From an uncultured Anaerolineales bacterium (GTDB lineage Bacteria; Planctomycetota; Phycisphaerae; FEN-1346), in NCBI GenBank assembly GCA_964577175.1, contig CAZNYC010000004.1:15804-69232 (forward strand): DNA of 53,429 nt, in the 5' to 3' direction. The notes below the pieces were generated by a model, which searched no databases, was not told the origin of the DNA, and was given only the letters and a program-made list of their open reading frames with translations. The position numbers and the translations under genes were made by a program. This document shows positions 19,003 through 28,684 of this stretch, piece after piece. Each line of letters starts with the position of its first letter. Within the stretch, counting starts at the first letter, position 1.

Positions 19003-20463
19003 ATGGCCGGCATTGCCGGAGTGTTCGCCACCGAGCCCCAGGACGCCGTCGTCCGCCGCATGCTGGACGCCCTGCGCCACCGCGGCCCGGACACCATGTG
19101 TCTGTTCGAGAGCGCCCACCGGGCGGGAGGCGTGTGCGCGGCCGACCTGTCGGCGGAGCGCGGCGTCGGCTTCGCCCAGCGCGAAGGCGTGACCGTCCTG
19201 TTCGACGGCGACATCTATAACGAGCGGCCCGAAGGGCAGTCCGACGCCGACGTCGTCCTGGGCCTGTACGGCGAGTACGGCCAGGCGTTTCCGGCGTACC
19301 TGGAGGGCGTCTTCGCCTGCGCCGTCTACGACGGCGAAGACCTCCTCCTCGCCCGCGACGCGGTGGGTGTGCGGCCGGTGTATTGCGGCACGCTGAAGGA
19401 GGGGGGCAAGTGCTTCGCCTCCGAGATGAAGGCCCTGGTCGGCGTCGCCGACGACATCTGGGAACTGCCGCCGTCCACGGTCTACTCGGCCTCCTCCAGC
19501 GTATCGCGGTATCGCCCCCGGCTGCCGGACGTGCTCGTCCCGACGGACTTCAACGAGGCGAAGCGGCTGGTGCGGACCCTCCTGACCGACGCCGTCCGAC
19601 GCCGCATGGACGACGGCGCCGCCGGCGCCTGCCTCCTGAGCGGCGGGCTCGATTCCAGCATTATCACGTGCGTGGCGCACGAGTTCGCCCCGGACCTGGC
19701 GGCCGTCACGGTCGGCGTCGAGGGGGCGCCGGACCTGGAGAACGCCCGTCTCGTGGCCGAAAGCCTCGGCATCGAGCACCGCGTCCACCTCTACACGGAA
19801 GAAGAGGCGGAAGCCCTCGTGGCGCAGGCGGTGGTGGCCCTCGAATCGTTCGACGAGGACTGCGTCAGCGGCGCCATCGCCAACATGATGGCCTCGGGCG
19901 TCGCCTCCGGGTTCACGAACTGCATCCTCAGCGGCGAGGGCGGCGACGAACTCTTCGGCGGCTATCACCTGCTGAAGGACCTCGATTCGGGCCTCGAGCG
20001 CCTTGAAATGATGGAGAACCTCATCGACGTGGCGTACAACACCGCCGTCCAGCGCCTGGACCGCGCGATGCTCGCCAACCGGATCCATTACCGCACGCCG
20101 TTCATCGATTCGCAGGTGATGGCCCTGGCGCTGCAACTGCCCGTGCGGTGGAAGATTCACGAGGTCGAGGGCGAACCCGTCGAGAAATACATCCTCCGCG
20201 AGGCGTTCCGCGACGTGTTGCCCGACAAGATCTACAAGCGCCGCAAACTCCGCTTCTCGGCCGGCACCGGGACCGACGGCTTCATGGACCGTGTCGCCGA
20301 GGGCCAGGACCAGGCCGCCGACTACTCCGAGGCGACCCAGCACACCCCCGAGGGCTACACGCTGAACTCGCCCAAGGAACTCTGGTATTACCGCCTGTTC
20401 AAGGAACACTTCCCCGAGCCGGCGTTCGAGCGGCTCGTCGGACGGTGGGACCCCGAAAAATAA
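19003..20463 (+). CDS. Asparagine synthetase-like ATP-dependent amide ligase, glutaminase site degenerate
   Basis: Starts MAGIAG (no Cys nucleophile); DGDIYN replaces NGEIYN; SGGLDSS, SGEGGDELFGGY and EKYILREAF intact. Confidence 0.88.
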   Translation: MAGIAGVFATEPQDAVVRRMLDALRHRGPDTMCLFESAHRAGGVCAADLSAERGVGFAQREGVTVLFDGDIYNERPEGQSDADVVLGLYGEYGQAFPAYLEGVFACAVYDGEDLLLARDAVGVRPVYCGTLKEGGKCFASEMKALVGVADDIWELPPSTVYSASSSVSRYRPRLPDVLVPTDFNEAKRLVRTLLTDAVRRRMDDGAAGACLLSGGLDSSIITCVAHEFAPDLAAVTVGVEGAPDLENARLVAESLGIEHRVHLYTEEEAEALVAQAVVALESFDEDCVSGAIANMMASGVASGFTNCILSGEGGDELFGGYHLLKDLDSGLERLEMMENLIDVAYNTAVQRLDRAMLANRIHYRTPFIDSQVMALALQLPVRWKIHEVEGEPVEKYILREAFRDVLPDKIYKRRKLRFSAGTGTDGFMDRVAEGQDQAADYSEATQHTPEGYTLNSPKELWYYRLFKEHFPEPAFERLVGRWDPEK

Positions 20464-20599
20464 CGTAACCGTACAGAATGCCGCGCGGTGGGCCGGGAGG
20501 CCCACCGCGCTCGCCGGCCGAGGTGCCGGACATCCCTCCAACGCATGGCCACGCACGCCTCCAGGGACACGCCCTCTCCGAGAGAGAGGAGCGCAACCC

Positions 20600-22120
20600 A
20601 TGTGTGGGATCTGTGGCGTATGGGGCAGGACCGGCCTGGAACCCGTCCGGCAGATGATGGGCCGCATGACCCATCGCGGACCGGACGCCGAGGGCATCTA
20701 CGAGGGCGACGCCGGCGTCCTGGGCCATCGGCGGCTCTCCATCATGGACCCGGCGGGCGGGAACCAGCCGATCCGCTCGTCCGACGGCCGCCGGGTCATC
20801 GTCGCCAATGGCGAGATTTACAACTTTCCCGTCCTTCGCGAGGGCCTGGTTCCCCCGCACCGTTTCCGGACGCGCAGCGATACCGAATCCGCCCTCCATC
20901 TGTACGAGGACTTGGCGGAGGAGGCCGCCGGCCGGCTCGACGGCATGTACGCCTTCGCCATCGCCGACGGACCGGACCTCTTCGTCGCCCGCGACCCCGT
21001 GGGCATCAAGCCGCTTTACGTGGGCCGGCGCGGCGGCGACCTGGCGTTCGCCTCCGAACTCAAGGCCCTTGCCGGCGTGGCGGACGAGGTGGAGGAGTTT
21101 CCGCCCGGCACGTTCTACCATACGCGGTTGGGCCGCCGGCGGTTCGGCGCCCTGGCGCAGCGGCAGCCGGAAGCCCTGACCCTCGACGACCATGCCGCAC
21201 GCCTTCGCGAAGGGGTCCGGCGCGCCGTCGTCAAACGCCTCATGAGCGACGTGCCGGTCGGGGCGTTCCTCAGCGGCGGGCTCGACTCCAGCATCATCGC
21301 GGCCCTGGCGAGACGGCACGTGGGGCGCCTGCACACGTTCTCGGTCGGCATCGAGGGCAGCCGCGACCTCGAGGCCGCACGCCGTGTCTCCCGCCACCTC
21401 GGCACCGAGCACCACGAGTACGTCTTCACGGCTGCCGAGGTGCTCGAGCACCTGCCGGAGATTCTCTTCTACCTGGAATCGTTCGACCAGGACCTGGTGC
21501 GCAGCGCCATCCCGTGCTACTTCACCTCGCGCCTCGCGGCCGAGCACGTCAAGGTGATCCTGACCGGGGAGGGGGCCGACGAACTCTTCGCCGGGTACCG
21601 CTACTACACCGGCGTGGCGGAACCCGGCGCCCTGCAGGCCGAACTCCACCGGTCCGTGGCGGCGCTGCACAACGTGAACCTCCAGCGGGTGGACCGGCTC
21701 ACGATGGCCCATTCCATCGAGGGCCGCGTGCCGTTCCTCGACGTCGAGATGATCGACCTCGCGCAGCGGATTCCGGCGGACCTGAAACTCCGCCGCGACG
21801 GCGGCCGGACGGTCGAGAAGTGGATCCTCCGCAAGGCGTTCGAGGACCTCCTGCCCCACGACATCGTCTGGCGCCGCAAGGAGCAGTTCGACGAGGGCAC
21901 CGGCACGGTGGAGGTTCTGTCGGCCGGCCTCGACCGGTTCATGCGGCGCGAGGACGCCCCGGCGTACGTCTCGGCCCACGCCGACGCCCACCTGCGGTCC
22001 GCGGAGGAGGCGGTCTTTCACCGCCTGCTGACCGAGGCGTACGAGGACCCGGACCCCGTCCTGCAGAACGTGGCCCGCTGGGCCGACCGCCCGGACCACG
22101 GGCGGCAAGGGGACGGGTGA
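20600..22120 (+). CDS. asnB: Asparagine synthase (glutamine-hydrolysing) family protein
   Basis: MCGICG, HRGPD, GHRRLSIMD, NGEIYN, SDTE, LSGGLDSS, TGEGADELFAGY and RVPFLD. Confidence 0.9.
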   Translation: MCGICGVWGRTGLEPVRQMMGRMTHRGPDAEGIYEGDAGVLGHRRLSIMDPAGGNQPIRSSDGRRVIVANGEIYNFPVLREGLVPPHRFRTRSDTESALHLYEDLAEEAAGRLDGMYAFAIADGPDLFVARDPVGIKPLYVGRRGGDLAFASELKALAGVADEVEEFPPGTFYHTRLGRRRFGALAQRQPEALTLDDHAARLREGVRRAVVKRLMSDVPVGAFLSGGLDSSIIAALARRHVGRLHTFSVGIEGSRDLEAARRVSRHLGTEHHEYVFTAAEVLEHLPEILFYLESFDQDLVRSAIPCYFTSRLAAEHVKVILTGEGADELFAGYRYYTGVAEPGALQAELHRSVAALHNVNLQRVDRLTMAHSIEGRVPFLDVEMIDLAQRIPADLKLRRDGGRTVEKWILRKAFEDLLPHDIVWRRKEQFDEGTGTVEVLSAGLDRFMRREDAPAYVSAHADAHLRSAEEAVFHRLLTEAYEDPDPVLQNVARWADRPDHGRQGDG

Positions 22121-22207
22121 AACGGCCGGCGCGCGGTCCGCGCGGGAGAGGTAAAACCGGGTGTGCGACGGCGGGTCTTGCCCCGCCGGGATCCGCGCCG
22201 TGAAGCG

Positions 22208-22275
22208 CACGGCCGGACAAGGCCGGCCGTGGCACGTGATATGAGACGCGCGGCGGGTCTCCGCACCCGCCGCGC
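22208..22275. repeat. REP-like family B + family A tandem
   Basis: CACGGCCGGACAAGGCCGGCCGTGGCAC (22208-22235) and GCGCGGCGGGTCTCCGCACCCGCCGCGC (22248-22275), between convergent genes. Confidence 0.85.
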
Positions 22276-22314
22276 GTCACGTGGGTCACCGGCAAGTCGC
22301 CACCGGCACCGGTG

Positions 22315-23127
22315 CTACTCGAACTGGAACTCCTCTTCGCGGTCGCGCATGCTGTCGCGGAGGCGTTCGATGACGGCCGCGTGAATCTGGCAGATGCGGG
22401 TCTCGGAGAGGTCGAGGGCGGCGGCGATTTCCTTCATCGTCATCTCTTCGTAGTAATAGAGGACCAGAACCAGCCGTTCCTTCCTCGACAGGTGCCGCGC
22501 GAGCATGACCTTGAGATCCTCGCGCAGCGCGGCCCGGTCGGGCCCCGTGTCGTCTTCGGGGGCGATCAGGTCGCCCCAGGTGGCCTCGTGCCCTTCCTGT
22601 CCCCCGGGCACGGTGTTGTCGAGACTGGCCGTCTGAATGGGCTCGGCCCGGCAGGCGAAATGGTGGTAGTCGTCGGGGGCCATGTCGAGATGATCGGCCA
22701 TCTCGGCGTCGGTAGGCTGGCGGCCGAGGTGGCTGGCCAGGGTCTGCCGGGCCGAATCGAGTTGCCGGTGTCGGCGGCGGACGCTTCGCGGCACCCAGTC
22801 GGACCGCCGGAGCGAATCGAGAATGGCGCCGTGCACGCGAGGGGCGGCATACGTCTCGAATTTCACGCCGCGGTCCGGATCGAACGATTCGACCGCCCGC
22901 TGCAGACCCAGGATGCCCGCCGCGTACACGTCGTCCGGATCGACTTCGGCCGGCAGGCGGGCGCTGGCGCGGTCGGCCCGGTACTTGACGACCGGCAGAT
23001 AGTATTCCATGAGCAGGTTCCGCAGGTCGTCGGACGGTTGTGCGCCGTACGCGTCCCAGAGCGAGTCCACTTCTTCGTCCGAGAGGCGTTGGCCGGCGGC
23101 GGGGGCGGCGTATGAATGAGCGATCAT
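22315..23127 (-). CDS. fliA: FliA/WhiG family RNA polymerase sigma-28 factor
   Basis: RNLLMEYYLPVVKY, FDPDRGVKFETYA, GAILDSLRRSDWVPRSVR and LYYYEEMTMKEIA..LSETRICQIH. Confidence 0.9.
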   Translation of the reverse strand: MIAHSYAAPAAGQRLSDEEVDSLWDAYGAQPSDDLRNLLMEYYLPVVKYRADRASARLPAEVDPDDVYAAGILGLQRAVESFDPDRGVKFETYAAPRVHGAILDSLRRSDWVPRSVRRRHRQLDSARQTLASHLGRQPTDAEMADHLDMAPDDYHHFACRAEPIQTASLDNTVPGGQEGHEATWGDLIAPEDDTGPDRAALREDLKVMLARHLSRKERLVLVLYYYEEMTMKEIAAALDLSETRICQIHAAVIERLRDSMRDREEEFQFE

Positions 23128-23216
23128 CGTCTTGTCCCTTTCCTGCGCTTTGCAGCGTCGCGGCGCCGCGGACGGCGCCGTCGGCGGCGGGCAGCGCCCG
23201 GCCGCATGGTTTCGCA

Positions 23217-24866
23217 TTACAGCCGCGCCACCGCGGGCGACGCCTCGGTCCCGGCCGTGCGGTCGGCCTCGGCATCGAGGGCCCGGCGGACGGTCTCGGT
23301 CAGGGTCCGGATGTTGAACGGTTTGCTCAGCCAGTCGGCGTCCGGCGGAATCAGGCCCCGCCGCACCAGGAAACACCGCGGGTAGCCCGAGGTGTACATG
23401 ACCCGCAGGTCGGGCCGGCTGCGGCGAAGACGGTGGGCGACTTCGGGCCCCCGCCGGCCGGGCATGACCGTGTCGGCGATGAGCAGATCGATGCGACCCG
23501 TGTATCCGGCCGCCACCTTGGCGGCGTCGTTGCCGTCGCAGGCGGTCAGCACGGTATACCCCTGTTCCTGGAGGAGATCGGCGAGGAGTCGGCGGACTTC
23601 GGTGTCGTCTTCGGCGATCAGGATCGTCTCGGAGCCGCCGGCGCCCGGTCGTTCGCAAGCCGGGCCGGTCTCGTCTACGTGGGGCTCCTGCTCGGGAGCG
23701 GGGCACTCGGGGAAGTACAGTTTGAACGTCGTCCCGTGCCCCGGTTCGCTATACACGTACACGTGTCCGCGGCACTGTTTGACGAAACCGTAGACCATGG
23801 CCAGGCCCAGGCCGGTGCCTTTGCCCTCGGGCTTGGTCGTGAAGAACGGGTCGAAGATGCGCGCCTGCGTCTCGGGGGCCATGCCGTGGCCGGTGTCGGT
23901 CACGGTGAGGACGACGTGGGAGCCGGTCGAGGCGCCGGGATGGCGGGAGGCGTAGTCGGCATCGAGGTCGACGGTGCTGGTCGCGAGGACGATTTCGCCG
24001 CCGTCCGCCATGGCGTCGCGGGCGTTGATGGCCAGGTTCATGAGCGATTGTTCCAGCAGCGCCCGGTCGACCATGGCGAACCGGGGCGCGTCGCTGGTGT
24101 GAACGCGGAGACGGATATCCTCGCCGAGTGTCCGGCGGAGCGTCTTGACGAGGTCGCGGACGACCTCGCCCACCTGCACGGGTTTGCGATCGATCGTCTG
24201 CCGGCGGCTGAAGGCGAGGACGCGGCCGGCCAGGGCGGCGGACCGGTCGGCCGCCTGGTGGATCTTGTCGACGTACGGCCGGCGGTCGTCGTCGGCCGGC
24301 AGTTCCTGGCCCAGACGGTCGCAGTAGCCCTGGATGACCATCAACTGGTTGTTGAAGTCATGGGCCATGCCGCCCGCCAACCGGCCCACCGCCTCCATCT
24401 TCTGGGCCTGCCGCAGTTGCGAGTGCAGGTCCGAGACGTGGGAGCAGTCCTTGACGACGAAGACGGCGCGCGTCACGCGCCCCTCGTCGTCGGTGTGCGG
24501 GACGCCGCTCGTGGTGACCGTGGTTTCACCGCCGCCGGCGGGGACGGTGCCGGGCCGGTCGAAGACGGCCTCGCCCCGGCGCAGCACCTCCGCGAAGACG
24601 GTGTCCTCGGGCGGGACGGGTTGCGAGGTGCCGTCGCACAGGTGCAAGTCCGCGATGGTGCAGGTCCCGGTGTCGAGGCGATCGGCATCGAGGCCGAACA
24701 GGTCGGCCGCCCGGCGGTTGACGGCGGTCAGGCGGCCGTCAGCGTCGGTGAGCAGGACGCCCGATCCTGTGGCTTCCATCAGTTCCCGGACGAGGTCGTC
24801 CGGACGGGGCGAGCGGGTTGTCAGTCGCTCCCCGTTACACGACTCCTTCGTGATAGCGGTACGCAT
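23217..24866 (-). CDS. Hybrid PAS-HisKA-HATPase-REC sensor kinase (CckA-like)
   Basis: [54 protein letters not shown], and C-terminal [13 protein letters not shown]. Confidence 0.92.
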   Translation of the reverse strand: MRTAITKESCNGERLTTRSPRPDDLVRELMEATGSGVLLTDADGRLTAVNRRAADLFGLDADRLDTGTCTIADLHLCDGTSQPVPPEDTVFAEVLRRGEAVFDRPGTVPAGGGETTVTTSGVPHTDDEGRVTRAVFVVKDCSHVSDLHSQLRQAQKMEAVGRLAGGMAHDFNNQLMVIQGYCDRLGQELPADDDRRPYVDKIHQAADRSAALAGRVLAFSRRQTIDRKPVQVGEVVRDLVKTLRRTLGEDIRLRVHTSDAPRFAMVDRALLEQSLMNLAINARDAMADGGEIVLATSTVDLDADYASRHPGASTGSHVVLTVTDTGHGMAPETQARIFDPFFTTKPEGKGTGLGLAMVYGFVKQCRGHVYVYSEPGHGTTFKLYFPECPAPEQEPHVDETGPACERPGAGGSETILIAEDDTEVRRLLADLLQEQGYTVLTACDGNDAAKVAAGYTGRIDLLIADTVMPGRRGPEVAHRLRRSRPDLRVMYTSGYPRCFLVRRGLIPPDADWLSKPFNIRTLTETVRRALDAEADRTAGTEASPAVARL

Positions 24867-24871
24867 GAATG

Positions 24872-24913
24872 GACCCCCTTGGTCCGTCCCCCTTGGTGCG
24901 TCCCCCTTGGTAT
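24872..24913 (-). repeat. Three tandem 14-bp units (ACCAAGGGGG(A/T)C on minus strand) over the RBS of the hybrid kinase
   Basis: Plus strand gacccccttggtcc / gtcccccttggtgc / gtcccccttggtat, ending 5 nt from the ATG at 24866. Confidence 0.8.
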
Positions 24914-25161
24914 AGAGAATGAGCCGCCGGCCGGCCGGTGATTCGATGCAGCCGGTCGGGGCTCGCCCGCCGGGCGTCCGGCCGCAAACGGACGGGCCGG
25001 GTGCCGACGGGTGGTTCAACATGATCGCGGCGCCCGAGGGCGGACACCACCGGAGCAGGGTGGACCGCGCCCGGAGCGGGACGCCGGATCGGATCGACGG
25101 GTTCGGTTGCGCGTCGCACGAGCGTTGCCCTGTTTGACGTGTCGGTTCAGCGCGAAGAAAT

Positions 25162-25455
25162 GCTTCCCAGCGCACACCAAGTATCGCCTTTTTCGTAAGT
25201 TGGGGCTATGGGGGGAATTACGGATTCCGGGCGGCACGCAGGCTGATTCCTGAGGGAAAGAGGAAGGAAGGAAAGCCGTCGCCGGCAAGGGGGGCGGCGC
25301 GGTCCCCTGGAAAAGGGAGCGGGCGACCCTGGGGGGAGAAGCCGCCCGCATCCCAGCGCAAGAGCCTTTTCCCTATATCATGGATGAAGAGCCGGTTGTT
25401 CTGCTATTAGTATCGGATACCGAGGGGGGCGGTGTCCATCAGGTATATTACTGAT
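25162..25455 (-). promoter_or_regulatory. Two similar promoter-like modules (18-bp box + CGATAC + TGCGCTGGGAWGC)
   Basis: Boxes ATGGGGGGAATTACGGAT (25208-25225) and ATCAGGTATATTACTGAT (25438-25455) start 27-28 nt from GTATCG (25181, 25410). GCWTCCCAGCGCA at 25162 and 25348. Confidence 0.4.
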
Positions 25456-25676
25456 ATGCCGAGCCCGTGCGGATGAGTTTCGCCTCGGAAATCCCACGCC
25501 AGCGGCCTGGTAGATTTGCGGTCGCGGCCGTGCGCGCTTCCTGCGGGGGTACACGTACGGCCAGCCTTGCTCCTGCAACGCTGCTTCCCGCCGCGTGTGT
25601 GTGGCCCGGTTGGCTTGTCCAACCGGGACGATATCCCTTCCCGGCGGGACGAGGCGGCCGGGCCACACGCCGGAAC

Positions 25677-25772
25677 GCACTGGCGGGCAAGCCGCCAGTG
25701 GCACCCGGCGCGCAAAGGAGAGCGCGGCGGGTACGGAGACCCGCCGCGCATGAGTTGGCGTTGTCGTGTTAA
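25677..25772. repeat. Family B + family A REPs plus degenerate right end of the 130-bp MITE
   Basis: GCACTGGCGGGCAAGCCGCCAGTGGCACCC at 25677-25706; family A at 25722-25749; then ATGAGTTgGCGTTGTcGTGTTAA. Confidence 0.8.
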
Positions 25773-25778
25773 AATGCT

Positions 25779-26432
25779 CTACGGCTCCAGGTTGGTCAGT
25801 CCCTCGCGGATGGCGTACTTCGTGAGTTCCGCCACGTTGTGGATGTCGAGTTTGTCCATGATGTGCTGGCGGTGGGTGTCGATGGTCTTGGTGCTGACGT
25901 GCAGGCGGTAGGCAATCTGTTTCGTGCCGTGGCCTTCGGTGAGCAGTTGGAGCACCTCTCGTTCGCGCGGCGTGAGGACGGACCCGCTCGGCTCGGCCTC
26001 CGTGGCGGGGGCCCGGACGTGGCTCTCGACGACAGCGTCGGCGACGAGCGGGGACAGGTACGTGTGGCCGTCCATGATGGTGCGGATGCCGCGGACGAGG
26101 TCCTCGAAGGCGGAATCCTTCATCAGGTACCCGCAGGCGCCGGCCTTCAGCATCTCCGTGACGAACCGCCGGTCGGCGTGGACCGAGAGGGCCATGACGC
26201 GCGTGCCGGGGCACCGCCGGCAGACCTGGCGGGTGGCTTCCACGCCGTTGAGGTCCGGCATCGAGATATCCATGACGATAACGTCGGGTCCGAGGTCGCG
26301 TGCGAGGCGGACGGCGTCGCGGCCGTTCTCGGCCTCGGCGACGACGTCCACATCGTCCTGGCGTTCCAGCAGGGCCCGCAGCCCGTCGCGGACGATCTTG
26401 TGGTCGTCGGCCAGCAGCACCGTAATCGGCAT
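25779..26432 (-). CDS. NarL/LuxR family DNA-binding response regulator
   Basis: LLADDHKIVRDGL, MDISMPDLNG, GYLMK and LTPREREVLQL..STKTIDTHRQHIMDKL. Confidence 0.95.
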   Translation of the reverse strand: MPITVLLADDHKIVRDGLRALLERQDDVDVVAEAENGRDAVRLARDLGPDVIVMDISMPDLNGVEATRQVCRRCPGTRVMALSVHADRRFVTEMLKAGACGYLMKDSAFEDLVRGIRTIMDGHTYLSPLVADAVVESHVRAPATEAEPSGSVLTPREREVLQLLTEGHGTKQIAYRLHVSTKTIDTHRQHIMDKLDIHNVAELTKYAIREGLTNLEP

Positions 26433-26455
26433 GGCGGGTTCCCCTTCCAAGCCTG

Positions 26456-28684
26456 TCACCCCGGCGGTTCCAGGGGGGCGGTCAGGGCCACGCGCGTCCC
26501 CTGTTCCGGTATCGACCGAATGTCGACGTGTCCTCCGAGATAATCCAGCCGCTCGCGGATATCGAAGAGGCCGAAGCCCCCGCCCACGCCGCCGCGGTCG
26601 CGGGCCGCCTCCGGGTCGAACCCCACGCCGTCGTCCTCCACGACGATGCGGATATGGTCGTCGGCGCGGCTGACCGAGACGGCCGCCCGGCTGGCGGCGG
26701 CGTGGCGGACGACGTTGTGCAGCAGTTCGCGGGCCGACCGGTAGAGGACGGTCCGGACCTCCTCGCTGAGGGGCATGGCCGGGCCGGAGGCTGCCTCCTC
26801 CAGGGCAATCGGCAGACCGTGCAGTTGCTCGGTGCGGTGCACCAGGGATTCCAAGGCGGCCTCCAGCCCCACCTCCTGCAGGATGGGCGGGCTGAGGTCG
26901 AAGACCGTGCTGCGTGTGTGCTCGACGGCCTCGCCGACGAGTTCGGAGACCTGGCGAAACCTCTTGGCCAGGGCCGGGTTGGCCCGGGCCTGCTGCGCCA
27001 GCCCCTGGAGGGTGAGTTTGGCGCTCGCGAGCGTCTGGCCGACCGAGTCGTGCAGGTTGGTCGCCAGGCGCCGCCGCTCGCGTTCCTCCGCCTGGACGAG
27101 TTCGGCCGCCAGACGCCGCAGGTGTTCATGGTACGCCTCGGACTCGTGCTCGGCCACGATGCGGGCGGTCACGTCCTTGACGTGCTCGATGACGCCGACG
27201 ACCTCGCCGTCGGCATTCCGCAGCGGGAAGGCCGTCAGTTCCAGCCAGCCGGTCGGGTCGTCGATGCAGGGGTACGGCACGACCTCGCTGTGCGTCTCGC
27301 CGGTCTCCATGGCACGAACGGCGGGGCACCAGGGGCAGACGTCGTCGCGGCACTGGAAGACCTCGTAACACTTGTGTCCGACCAGGGGCATGCGGTGGGC
27401 GAAGCGTTCTTCCATCCAGCGATTGACCTTGAGGAGCGTCAGGTCACGGTCGCGGACGGTGATGCCGTCCTGGATGCCGTCGAAAACGGTCTGGAGGAAC
27501 CGCTCGTTCTCGCGGAGCGCCTCCTCGGCGCCCCGGCGTTCCGTCACGTCCTGGGCCGTGCCGAACGCCCGCGCCACCGTGCCGTCCTCTCGCGTCTCGG
27601 TGGTGCCGATGGTGTGCATCCACCGCATCTCGCCGTCGGGGCGGAAGAGGCGAAACTCGATGCCGAACGGCGTGCCGTTCTGGAGGGCCCGGCCGACAGC
27701 GTCGTTCAGGGTGGGCCAGTCGTCCGGGTGGAGGTACCGCTCGTGCTCCTTGAAGGTGGGTTCGGTGCCCTCGGGGTCCAAGCCGAAGATGCGAAAGATC
27801 TCCGGGGACCACCTCGGCCTTCCCTCTTCGGGCACGAGTTCCCAGTGGCCGACGTGGGCCACGCGCTGGGCCTCGGCGTGGAGGTGTTCGCTCCGCCGGA
27901 GGGCCTCCTCGGCCGTCCGGCGCTCGGTGATGTCCGTGACCATCGCCAGGGCGCCCTCGTAGGTGCCGTCGTCGTCCAGGAGCGGGTTCGTCGAGACGAG
28001 CGCCCAGAGAGGCGAGCCGTCCTTGCGGCGGAACCGGAACTCGTGCTGTTCGCGAACGGCCTGCCGCCGCCGCTCCAGGTTGCCCTCGGCCTCGGCCCGG
28101 GCCTCCTCGTCCATGAACTCGAAGAAGTGCCGGCCGAGCATCTCGCCGGGCGTCCAGCCGAGCATGTCGGCCATCTGCTCGTTGACCAGGGTGGTCCGGG
28201 ACTCGGCGTCGATGACCCAGATGCCATCGTTGGCCGTCTCGAACAGCCGCCGGTACCGTTGTTCGCTTTCCTTCAGCGCCTGCTGGGCCTCGCGTCGCTC
28301 GCGGCGGGTCCGGGCTTCCTCCAGTTCGCGCTCCACCGCCGGCGCCAGGCGTGCGAGGTTGTCTTTCAGAATGTAGTCGTCGGCGCCGGCCTTCATCATG
28401 GCGACGGCCGTCTCTTCCCCGATGATGCCGGAGACGATGATGAACGGGACGTCCAGGGCGTGCTGCTGGGCGACGTAGAGCGCCTCCTCGCCGCTGAAGC
28501 GGGGCAGGCGGTAGTCGGCCAGGATGAGGTCCCAGTCCTCGGCATCGAGGGCCTGCGCCATCGCCGCGCTCGTCTCCACGCGTTGCCAGGTGACGTCGAA
28601 GCCGGCCTTTTTCAGTTCGCGCACGCTGAGCAGGGCGTCGTCTTCGGCGTCCTCGACGATGAGCATCCGCAGGGGCTCAGCCAT
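26456..28684 (-). CDS. REC-PAS-PAS-PAS-HisKA_3 sensor histidine kinase
   Basis: N-terminal receiver (VEDAEDD, ADYRLP, DYILK); three PAS domains; EERERRRLATNLHDSVGQ; ELLHNVVRHA; EDDGVGF; GFGL. Confidence 0.92.
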   Translation of the reverse strand: MAEPLRMLIVEDAEDDALLSVRELKKAGFDVTWQRVETSAAMAQALDAEDWDLILADYRLPRFSGEEALYVAQQHALDVPFIIVSGIIGEETAVAMMKAGADDYILKDNLARLAPAVERELEEARTRRERREAQQALKESEQRYRRLFETANDGIWVIDAESRTTLVNEQMADMLGWTPGEMLGRHFFEFMDEEARAEAEGNLERRRQAVREQHEFRFRRKDGSPLWALVSTNPLLDDDGTYEGALAMVTDITERRTAEEALRRSEHLHAEAQRVAHVGHWELVPEEGRPRWSPEIFRIFGLDPEGTEPTFKEHERYLHPDDWPTLNDAVGRALQNGTPFGIEFRLFRPDGEMRWMHTIGTTETREDGTVARAFGTAQDVTERRGAEEALRENERFLQTVFDGIQDGITVRDRDLTLLKVNRWMEERFAHRMPLVGHKCYEVFQCRDDVCPWCPAVRAMETGETHSEVVPYPCIDDPTGWLELTAFPLRNADGEVVGVIEHVKDVTARIVAEHESEAYHEHLRRLAAELVQAEERERRRLATNLHDSVGQTLASAKLTLQGLAQQARANPALAKRFRQVSELVGEAVEHTRSTVFDLSPPILQEVGLEAALESLVHRTEQLHGLPIALEEAASGPAMPLSEEVRTVLYRSARELLHNVVRHAAASRAAVSVSRADDHIRIVVEDDGVGFDPEAARDRGGVGGGFGLFDIRERLDYLGGHVDIRSIPEQGTRVALTAPLEPPG

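Noticed and set aside
24914-25778. Riboswitch or small CDS in the long spacer
   Set aside because: No riboswitch consensus recognised by eye and the ORFs are Arg/Pro-rich noise; an Rfam scan would be needed to exclude one fully.
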